The position numbers were made by a program, and so were the translations under genes. The notes beneath the pieces are model-generated. The model did no database searches. It was given only the letters and a program-made list of their open reading frames with translations, and was not told the origin of the DNA. This document shows, piece by piece, positions 18,355 through 26,005 of a stretch of 64,000 nt of DNA. The number at the start of each line of letters is the position of its first letter. Within the stretch, counting starts at the first letter, position 1. Location of the stretch: positions 672,001 to 736,000 of the forward strand of contig OY762897.2 of NCBI GenBank assembly GCA_963666515.2, read 5' to 3'. The stretch comes from Candidatus Binatia bacterium (GTDB lineage Bacteria; Desulfobacterota; Binatia; UBA9968; JAJDTQ01).

Positions 18355-18783
18355 CTAGCCGGCCTTGGTGACGTAGACCGGCCCGCCCTTGCCGATCCGC
18401 TCCCGGTCTTCCTTGGGCAGATCCTTGATGTCCACTCGCAACTCGTGATTGATGTGCTTGATGTCCTCGGACGGACCCGAGCGGTTGCCCATGAGGATCA
18501 TCGGGCCGGTGCCGGTGTTCTCGAGCTGGTAGAAGTCGCCGCCGTGGATGAGCGCTACCATGCCCGGCGTCATCACCGCCTTGCCGCCGTCCGGGAAGTG
18601 CATGGTGCACTCGCCTTCCATGACGTAGAAGCTCTGGTCGGCGTTGTGGCAGTGCATGTCGTCCTTGTCGCCGGGTTCGCGATAGACGTGCACCCACGTG
18701 TGGAAGCGCTTGGTGTTCAGCACGACCTCACGCTTCAGGTCCTTACGCCCCTTGTCCATCAGATCCATGACTTCGATGGCCAT
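18355..18783 (-). CDS. Cupin domain protein
   Basis: MHCHNADQSFYVMEGE cupin motif; start MAIEV after AGGAG; stop lies 2 nt before the selenoprotein start. Confidence 0.85.
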   Translation of the reverse strand: MAIEVMDLMDKGRKDLKREVVLNTKRFHTWVHVYREPGDKDDMHCHNADQSFYVMEGECTMHFPDGGKAVMTPGMVALIHGGDFYQLENTGTGPMILMGNRSGPSEDIKHINHELRVDIKDLPKEDRERIGKGGPVYVTKAG

Positions 18784-18931
18784 TTGATTCTCCTTTTCAA
18801 GAGATATCTCCAATTGTGATCATTTTTCCGTGCGGCGACGGGCGTCGGTCGTGTTTGGCCCGCTGAATACGCTTAGTGTATAGTCTCAATCCGTACGAAC
18901 ACGCAAGTTGTGGAAGGAGGCGACGAACATC

Positions 18932-19906
18932 ATGCCGGATCCCAAGCTGACCATGGCCCTGTCCCACTACGACAGGCACGTGCCCCTGTTCGATGGAAGC
19001 GTGACCGCCGAGGGCCTGGACCTGGAGGTGCTGGAGATCGGCCAGTCGCACCCGCTCAGGCACGGCGCCCGGCGCCACGAGCGCATGCTCCAGGACGGCG
19101 AGTTCGACATCTGCGAGCTGTCGCTGTCGTCTTACCTCATCTCCCAGAGCCGCGACATGCCCATCAAGGCCATCCCGGTGTTCCCGCGCCGGCTGTTCAG
19201 CCTGTCGCAGATGTGGGTCAACGTGGACGCCGGCATCGAGTCGCCCAGGGACCTCGTCGGCAGGACCGTGGGCCTGAGCACCTTCCAGACCACCCTCTCC
19301 GTGCTCGCCAAGGGGGACCTGCAGAGCGAGTACGACGTGCCTTGGCGCGAGATCGACTGGGTCATCGACAAGCCCGAGGCGCTGTCCATCCAGCTCGAAG
19401 GGGTGAGCATGCGCTACCTGGAGAAAGGCGATAGCATCGGCGCCATGCTGGAGCGGGGCGAGATCGACGCCCTGATGATGCCCCATCCGCCCGACGAGGT
19501 GGTGGACGGGTCGGAGAAGATCCGCCGGCTGTTCCGCGACCCTCGGGCCGAGGAACTCAAGTACTACCGCAAGAACGGTTACTACCCCATCATGCATGTG
19601 GTGGCCTTCAAGAACGAAGTGCTGGAGCAGTATCCCTTCGCCGTGCAGAGCGTCACCGATGCCTTCGAGAAGGCCAAGGCGGCCTGCTTCGAGTATTACT
19701 CCGACCCCAACTGGTCCAGCCTCGCGTGGACCCGGCATCTCTACGAGGAAGAGCGCGAAACGCTGGGCCTGGACTACTGGCCTTACGGCCTCAAGCGCAA
19801 CCGCGCCAACCTGGAGCGCTTCATGGGCTACTCCCACGACCAGGGGCTCATGGACAGGCAGGTGGCGGTGGAGGAGTTGTTCGTCGAATCGACGCTGGAT
19901 TCCTGA
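18932..19906 (+). CDS. PhtD-like / periplasmic-binding-fold protein, paralog 3
   Basis: YDRH, FDICELSLSSY, PVFPRRLF, YPIMH and WPYGLKRNR motifs; start after AGGAGG. Confidence 0.85.
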   Translation: MPDPKLTMALSHYDRHVPLFDGSVTAEGLDLEVLEIGQSHPLRHGARRHERMLQDGEFDICELSLSSYLISQSRDMPIKAIPVFPRRLFSLSQMWVNVDAGIESPRDLVGRTVGLSTFQTTLSVLAKGDLQSEYDVPWREIDWVIDKPEALSIQLEGVSMRYLEKGDSIGAMLERGEIDALMMPHPPDEVVDGSEKIRRLFRDPRAEELKYYRKNGYYPIMHVVAFKNEVLEQYPFAVQSVTDAFEKAKAACFEYYSDPNWSSLAWTRHLYEEERETLGLDYWPYGLKRNRANLERFMGYSHDQGLMDRQVAVEELFVESTLDS

Positions 19907-20072
19907 GACGGAGAGACGCCGCAAGTGCGGCGTTACCGAGCCTTCGGCCATCCATGCCGACCCGATATTGGATATTACGGAATTCAATTCCGTATTTGCA
20001 AGGGATCTCGGGGCAGTTCGTGCGCTGGCGCGAGCTGGTCGGAGATGCGACCGGTCGGCCGGTAACGTAGGA

Positions 20073-21113
20073 TTAGCGTGAATTGTTGCCGCTGCCGGCT
20101 TCCTCGCGGTAGAGTCCGAGCAGTTCCAGGAGGGGGCGATCGGTGGCGGAGAAAAGGATGGCAGGCTCCGCGTCCGAGCTGTTTCTGTGACGATGCCAGC
20201 TCCAGTTGGGAACGACGATGAAATCCCCTTCCTCCCACGCCATTTCCGTGCCTTCGACTTCGACGACGCCCGAGCCGCGGAAACCGTGGTACAGGTGGTT
20301 GGCGGTGTGGCGGTGGGGCAGGGTGTGCTCTCCCGGTTCCAGCATCTGAATCCAACATGAGAACGTGGGGAATGTCGGTCCCCCGGTAACCGGGTCCCGG
20401 TATTCGAGGCAACGCCCGTCGTAAGGGCTTTTGTCTTCGGCGAGCATCTCGTTCAGAGCAGGCAGGGTCTCGCGCCACTTGTATACCGATTGTTTGAGGC
20501 TCGTACCCGGAGGCGCGAGGCCCCCGGGATTACGAACCGTGGTGTCGGTCGTACTGTTGAAGAGTCTCAGCTCCTCGGCTGGGTGCGGCTCTTGAAACAT
20601 CGTGCGCAGGTGCGCCATCAGACCCACGTCGAGCGCGTCGATCCAGACCGCATCCCGGTCGGATTCGTTGACGTGGTTGTGCCAACTCCAGTTCGGCTGA
20701 ACGACGAGATCGCCTGTCTCCATGACGCACTTCTCGCCGTCGGTGATGGTGTAGGCATCCTCGCCGCCTTCGAGGATGAAGCGGATGGCCGCGGCCGTGT
20801 GCCGGTGGGCGTAGACCGCCTCGCCGGCCTTGACCAACTGAACGGCCATGACCAGCGTGTTGCTGGTGCCGCGCGCGATGTCGGGATGCATCAGTGTGAT
20901 GGCCCGGCGGGAGCCCTTGAAGTTGGTCGGCACGAGCCTCGCGGCAGCGTCCAGCCCCTCCCGGATCTTCGACCACTTCCACAGCTTGGGGGCGCCGAAG
21001 GGTCGAGGCTCGACGATGTGCCTGTCTTCGCCGACCCACAACCCCTGCATGGACTCGCTCTCGAGCAGGTCGTCGAGCGCCTTCAGGTCGGTAATCCGCT
21101 CGCTGTTCGTCAC
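20073..21113 (-). CDS. Gentisate 1,2-dioxygenase-like bicupin
   Basis: AHRHTAAAIRF, WSWHNHVN, WIDALD and second cupin PHRHT...WSWHRH motifs. Confidence 0.88.
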   Translation of the reverse strand: MTNSERITDLKALDDLLESESMQGLWVGEDRHIVEPRPFGAPKLWKWSKIREGLDAAARLVPTNFKGSRRAITLMHPDIARGTSNTLVMAVQLVKAGEAVYAHRHTAAAIRFILEGGEDAYTITDGEKCVMETGDLVVQPNWSWHNHVNESDRDAVWIDALDVGLMAHLRTMFQEPHPAEELRLFNSTTDTTVRNPGGLAPPGTSLKQSVYKWRETLPALNEMLAEDKSPYDGRCLEYRDPVTGGPTFPTFSCWIQMLEPGEHTLPHRHTANHLYHGFRGSGVVEVEGTEMAWEEGDFIVVPNWSWHRHRNSSDAEPAILFSATDRPLLELLGLYREEAGSGNNSR

Positions 21114-21144
21114 TCCGTTACTCCAGGAACCGGACCCGCGTCGC

Positions 21145-22272
21145 TCACTGCAACTGCGGCATCACCTGCTTGTGGAAGAGGTCCAGGGAAGCCAGGACCT
21201 TGCTGTGAGGAAGGTTGCCGATGTGGAACATGCCCATGAAGTGATCGGCGCCCACCGCGCGCATTTGCGCGTTCAGTCTTTGGGCCACGGTGTCGGGGCT
21301 CCCGGCGAAGATGTATCCCACCCGGTCCAGGTCCTCCCAGCTCAGCGATGAGAAGTCGTGGCGTTGGCGGTTCTCCTCGCGGAAGTAGTTGAACGACTTG
21401 TCGGTGTAGAGGGCTTCTCTCACGCGCGCCCCCTCGGCGCTGGCGGTCTGCTTGAACCCGCGATTGAGGAGCGTAAAAAAATAGCGCAGCGCCGGTTCGG
21501 CCACCTCACGCGCCTTCTCGTCCGTTTCGTCCACGTAGATGTGGCGGCACAGGATGAACTGGCCGGGGTCGGCTTCCCAGCCGCCGTCTCGTGCCACCTT
21601 GCGGTAGTAGTTGAAGGTATCCTCGATCTGGCTGGTGGTCTGGTACACCTGGGCAATGGGGATGCGCCGCTGCGCGCACCACTCGACGGATTCAGCGCTG
21701 CGGGCGGCGACCCAGACCGGCGGGTGGGGCTGCTGGATCGGACGGGGCCAAGTGGCGCAGTTCTCCAGATGGAAAAACTTGCCGTGGTAGCTCCAGGTGG
21801 GCTCCTTCCACGCCGTCATGATCAGCTCGAAGGCCTCCTCGAAACGCCCGCGCGATTCGCTCGGATCGACGTTGTACCAGAGGTATTCCGGCGGTATGCC
21901 GCGCACGAAGCCCGCGATCAGGCGGCCCCCGGACATGCAGTCGACCATGGCGTACTCCTCCGCCACCCGCACCGGGTGGTGGCGCAGCGGCAGGACGTTG
22001 CCGAGCACGCCGATCTTGATCTCGCTGGTCCTCTGGCTCAGGGCCGCGGCAACCAGATTGGGCGACGGCATGGTGCCGTAGGCGCTGTAGTGGTGCTCAT
22101 TGAACAGGACCCCTTCGAAGCCGAGCTGCTCGCAGTGTTCCATCTCGTAGAAGTGTTCCTCATAGTTGCGGCAGCCTTCGAGCGGGTCGAACAGGTTGCT
22201 GGGCAGCGGCGTGCCCGGGATGTCCATGGGCACATGCGGATAGGCGAGCAGGTCGAAGTTATAGATCTTCAT
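21145..22272 (-). CDS. LLM-class flavin-dependent oxidoreductase
   Basis: FNEHHYS, HPVRVAEEYAMVDCMSGGRL and PRPIQQPHPPVW motifs. Confidence 0.92.
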   Translation of the reverse strand: MKIYNFDLLAYPHVPMDIPGTPLPSNLFDPLEGCRNYEEHFYEMEHCEQLGFEGVLFNEHHYSAYGTMPSPNLVAAALSQRTSEIKIGVLGNVLPLRHHPVRVAEEYAMVDCMSGGRLIAGFVRGIPPEYLWYNVDPSESRGRFEEAFELIMTAWKEPTWSYHGKFFHLENCATWPRPIQQPHPPVWVAARSAESVEWCAQRRIPIAQVYQTTSQIEDTFNYYRKVARDGGWEADPGQFILCRHIYVDETDEKAREVAEPALRYFFTLLNRGFKQTASAEGARVREALYTDKSFNYFREENRQRHDFSSLSWEDLDRVGYIFAGSPDTVAQRLNAQMRAVGADHFMGMFHIGNLPHSKVLASLDLFHKQVMPQLQ

Positions 22273-22301
22273 TTGTTCTCATTTCCAAGCGGCGGGTGCG
22301 C

Positions 22302-22970
22302 CTACGCATAGCTGTCGTAGATGCCGTCGAATTTCCCCAGCTTCAGCCGCACCGTATGCTGCGCGGCCTCACGGACCAACCGCTGTTGCCGGGGCGTCGT
22401 GGCCAGACGGGTGATCACTTCCGAGGCCATCGCGGTGTGTTCCTCGTCCGCGACCATGTGGACCGTGAAGAACTCGCAGGCTTCGTCGCCAAGGCCATAA
22501 TGCCTTCGCGCATGGAGGTTGAACTCCTCCGAATAGCGGCGGACCATGCTCTCGTCCACCAGGGCTCCGACCCGGTTCTCCGCCGGCGAGCCCAGCAGCA
22601 TGCCGTGGATCATCCGGCTCGTGTGCACGAGGCACCCGAAGACCGGCGTGGCGTCTGCGAAATCCTCCTCGCTGAGCCCCAGCGCGAGGCCGAAGCGCTT
22701 GGCCAGATCGGGATGAGTCCTCTCTTCCTCGAACTGGTAGGCGAAGTGGCTGAAGAGCTGGCTGTCGTGGGCGTTTTTCACCATGCACAATGCAAAGCCC
22801 TTCAACAGGACGACGTTGTGCAGATAGTGCTGCAGCGACCATCCCTGGAGTCGCCGCACCGAGAGCTTGCCTTCCCGCAGCTCGGAGAAGTAGCGGTGTT
22901 CCATCAGTCGCCGGATTCCGGGTTCGATGATCTCGTTGACGATCGAGTCGACGAAGGTTTCGTTGGCCAT
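22302..22970 (-). CDS. Heme-oxygenase-like diiron enzyme (PqqC/TenA/CADD-like)
   Basis: All-helical; EEERTH and FFTVHMVADEEH ligand motifs. Confidence 0.8.
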   Translation of the reverse strand: MANETFVDSIVNEIIEPGIRRLMEHRYFSELREGKLSVRRLQGWSLQHYLHNVVLLKGFALCMVKNAHDSQLFSHFAYQFEEERTHPDLAKRFGLALGLSEEDFADATPVFGCLVHTSRMIHGMLLGSPAENRVGALVDESMVRRYSEEFNLHARRHYGLGDEACEFFTVHMVADEEHTAMASEVITRLATTPRQQRLVREAAQHTVRLKLGKFDGIYDSYA

Positions 22971-23167
22971 GGTGCTGTCCCGACAAACTTCCCATTACTT
23001 CCAATCCTTCAGGCGTGTCAAACAGAAGCGAACGTCGAGCACCGAACGGCCTCACCATGGCGGAAAGCAGCGTCCGGTTCGCGGTTGACAATGCTTCCGG
23101 CCTCATCGTAGTGTCCGGGAATTCAAAGGGTTCCGTGTCTTCCGAACACGCGCCAGGGGAGGTGTTT

Positions 23168-24217
23168 ATGAACGGTAGAGCACCAACCGGAGTAGCCCTG
23201 TTCACCCTCGCCGTCGCCTTGTGCCTGTGGCTTCACCCCGGGGCTTCGGCACAGGCCGCTTCATTCTACGAAGGCAAGACGGTCAAGATGATCGTCGGAG
23301 TCAGTCCGGGTGGCGGATTCGACACGTTCGCGCGCATGCTGGCCCGGCATCTCCCGTCCTACATGCCGGGCGAGCCCAGGTTCATCGTGCAGAACATGCC
23401 GGGCGCGGGCAGCCTGATAGCGGCCAACCGAGTCTATGCGGAACAACCGGGCGACGGGCTCACCATTGTCAACTTCGCCGCCGGAATCATCATGCAGGCC
23501 TTGATGCAGGACCCCGCGGCCAAGTTCGACCCCAAGAAGTTCATGTTTCTGGGCGACCCCTCCCTGCCGGCCCTGCCGAGAGTGCTGTGGGTGCGGGGCG
23601 ACCTGAAAGTACGCACCCTTGCGGATCTGCAGAAGCGAAAGGAGCCCCTCGCCGTCGGCGCGACGGGCGTGGGTCAGTCCGCCGCCATCATGGGTGAATT
23701 TGAGCGTTACCTCGGGCTCAACGTCAAGGTCGTCTTCGGGTACCGGGGCTCCAGCGGCATCCTCGCGGCGCTGGAACGTAAGGAGCTGGAGGGAATGAAC
23801 CTGTCGCTCCATTTCGTCCAGGACCGGTACGGTCACCTCATCGAGAACGGGACCATCCGGCCGTTCCTCGCCATCGGCACCGGACCCGGGGCGGAAGCGC
23901 CGCCGGGGGTGGCAACCCTGAAGGACCTGACCCTCAGTTCCGACCAGCGGCAGATGGCCGATTTCCTGATCGGGAGCTGGAGCATTCTTCGCCTCTACGC
24001 GCTCCCTCCGGGGACGCCGCCGGACCGGTTCGAAGTCTTGCAGGAAGCCTTCCTCAAGGCTCTCGCCAGCCGCAGGTTCATCAGCGAGGCCAAGCGCCAG
24101 GGCATCCGGGTCTCCCCGCGCTCGGGAAAGGACGTGGCCCGGATCATCAAGCTCATGACCGATGCCCCTCCGGGCGTCGTCGCCCAATACCGGAAGTTTC
24201 TGGGCCTCAAGAACTAG
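23168..24217 (+). CDS. Tripartite tricarboxylate transporter (TctC/Bug-like) substrate-binding protein
   Basis: Signal peptide; SPGGGFDTFAR, VQNMPGAG and GYRGS...ALERKE motifs. Confidence 0.88.
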   Translation: MNGRAPTGVALFTLAVALCLWLHPGASAQAASFYEGKTVKMIVGVSPGGGFDTFARMLARHLPSYMPGEPRFIVQNMPGAGSLIAANRVYAEQPGDGLTIVNFAAGIIMQALMQDPAAKFDPKKFMFLGDPSLPALPRVLWVRGDLKVRTLADLQKRKEPLAVGATGVGQSAAIMGEFERYLGLNVKVVFGYRGSSGILAALERKELEGMNLSLHFVQDRYGHLIENGTIRPFLAIGTGPGAEAPPGVATLKDLTLSSDQRQMADFLIGSWSILRLYALPPGTPPDRFEVLQEAFLKALASRRFISEAKRQGIRVSPRSGKDVARIIKLMTDAPPGVVAQYRKFLGLKN

Positions 24218-24299
24218 GCGGAGTTTGACGGTCCATGTGCTGGCTGGTATCCGTTTGCGCATCGAATCCACGCCGGAACCTTCTGGACAGGGAGCACGC

Positions 24300-24947
24300 A
24301 TGGACAGTCACGAATTCGCCAAGAAGGTGCAGAAGCGCGTCAAGGAGTTCTGCAACGGCCTCGACGACAACCTGCCCGCCTACAGCTACATTCCGCTCAC
24401 CACGGACGAGATGCGCGTCAAGGTGATGCAGAGCCGGCTCTTCAACGAGGTGCGCGCGGCCGAGGTCTTCGGCTCATGGCTCAAGACCACGCCGGAGTTG
24501 GAGGTGAAGGCCATTCTGGCGGAAGCCATCCACGAGGAGTTCGTTCACGCGGAGTACCTTTCGGAAGCCCTGAAGAGCAAGGGCGCCGTCCCTTACGACT
24601 ACAAGCCGGTGCCCGCCCAGATGGCGATGTTCAACGGGTTCGAGGCGCTGACCACGACCTGTGAGCGCATCGCCGCGTTTCCGTTCGCCGGCGAGGGCGT
24701 GGCCGACTACCTCATCGGCAAGAGCCTGGAGGCCGGCACGGTGCCGGAGTGGGTCACCGGCCCTTACCAGAAGATCCACGACGACGAGGAAGAGCACGGC
24801 AACTACCCGTTCGACCTGCTCGTCAAGTACGCCACCAGCCCCGAGATCCAGGACCGCGTCGTCCGCGCCGTGGAGATGAGCCTCATGCTCCGGCGCCAGT
24901 ACTTCGACAACCTGGATCGCTGGGTCTACCAGGATAGCTGGTCGTAG
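24300..24947 (+). CDS. Ferritin-like (diiron four-helix bundle) protein
   Basis: Two E...ExxH pairs (NEVRAAE...HEEFVH; GEGVA...DEEEH). Confidence 0.8.
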   Translation: MDSHEFAKKVQKRVKEFCNGLDDNLPAYSYIPLTTDEMRVKVMQSRLFNEVRAAEVFGSWLKTTPELEVKAILAEAIHEEFVHAEYLSEALKSKGAVPYDYKPVPAQMAMFNGFEALTTTCERIAAFPFAGEGVADYLIGKSLEAGTVPEWVTGPYQKIHDDEEEHGNYPFDLLVKYATSPEIQDRVVRAVEMSLMLRRQYFDNLDRWVYQDSWS

Positions 24948-24983
24948 GCGGTTGGGGCGGGACAGTGGAAACCGCCCGCGCCA

Positions 24984-25037
24984 CCCCTGGATTCCGGCCC
25001 CGTATCGAGTACGGGGTAGGCATTTCGCCGGAATGAC
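24984..25037. repeat. REP-like palindrome with 24-nt inserted hairpin
   Basis: CCCCTGGATTCCGGC[CCCGTATCGAGTACGGGGTAGGCA]TTTCGCCGGAATGAC equals the reverse complement of 17519-17548 plus an insert. Confidence 0.8.
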
Positions 25038-25051
25038 GGTTTCCGATAACG

Positions 25052-25984
25052 CTACGGTAGCAACAGCCCCGACTTTAGCAGCGCCCGCCGGATGCGCTCG
25101 CGCTCCTCGTCCGTGATGCGCTTCAGGGGCGGGCGTACCACGGCCTTGTCGATGCGTCCCAGGAGCGCCAGCGCTTCCTTCATGCGGTTGTGCATGTCCA
25201 CGAACGGCGGGGCGTAGAACACCTCAACCAGCGGAGCCAAGCGGTCGTTGAGCCGGCGGCCGGCTTCCAGGTCCCCGTCCTGCACGGCGCGGAACAACTC
25301 CGCGTGCAGGTCCGCGGTGACGCTTCCCATTCCCGAGATGGAGCCGTCGGCGCCGAGCACGTAGCTTGCGAACATGGACATGGTGTAGCTGCTCAGCATG
25401 GCCACGGGCCGGCCGGTGCCGCGCAGGGCGCGCAGGTTGGCCTCCAGCGCCACCATGTCGTTGCTCCAGTCCTTGACCCCCACCACGTGGTCGATCTCCG
25501 CCAGCCGCGCCAGGGTTTCGGGAGCGTAGCCGATGCCGATGGCAGGCGGATACTCGAAGACGATGAGCGGCAGGTCCGTAGCCTCGGCGATGGTCTCGAA
25601 ATGGACCACGGCCATCTCCGGCCGCAGCCGTGCGCCCCACATGAACAGCGTCGGCGGAAAGATCAGGAGTCCGGCCGCGCCTTCCGCCTTGGCGTCCCTG
25701 GCCAACTCCGCGGCTTCCAGCGTGTTGTCGGTGTAGATGCCGGAGATGAGATCCACCCGGTCGCCCACCTCGTCCGCGGCGATGGCCAGCGCCCGGCGCC
25801 GTTCCTCCCGGTCCAGCGACGACACCTCACCCGCATGGCCGTTGCAGACGATGGCGCCGACGCCGTCCACGGACGCCAGCCACGAGAGATGTTTCCGGTA
25901 ATTGACCTCGTCGAACGACAGGTCCTCGTTGAAGGGCAGCAGATTGGCCGGGATGGCGCCGCTGAAACGGAGAGTGCCGGTCAT
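25052..25984 (-). CDS. Dihydrodipicolinate synthase/N-acetylneuraminate lyase family aldolase
   Basis: NGHAGE, LIVFEYP and Schiff-base Lys in VGVKDWS. Confidence 0.9.
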   Translation of the reverse strand: MTGTLRFSGAIPANLLPFNEDLSFDEVNYRKHLSWLASVDGVGAIVCNGHAGEVSSLDREERRRALAIAADEVGDRVDLISGIYTDNTLEAAELARDAKAEGAAGLLIFPPTLFMWGARLRPEMAVVHFETIAEATDLPLIVFEYPPAIGIGYAPETLARLAEIDHVVGVKDWSNDMVALEANLRALRGTGRPVAMLSSYTMSMFASYVLGADGSISGMGSVTADLHAELFRAVQDGDLEAGRRLNDRLAPLVEVFYAPPFVDMHNRMKEALALLGRIDKAVVRPPLKRITDEERERIRRALLKSGLLLP

Positions 25985-26005
25985 GGTTCACCTCCTGCGA
26001 AGGAT

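Noticed and set aside
17564-18697. Two separate ORFs or a nonsense pseudogene
   Set aside because: The stop falls exactly at the UxxC position and is followed by a SECIS-like hairpin, so one selenoprotein is the better reading
19907-20072. Lower-GC intergenic stretch with a small hairpin (CGCCGCAAGTGCGGCG), considered as an sRNA or gene remnant
   Set aside because: No recognisable RNA family or protein motif; a terminator between convergent genes explains the hairpin
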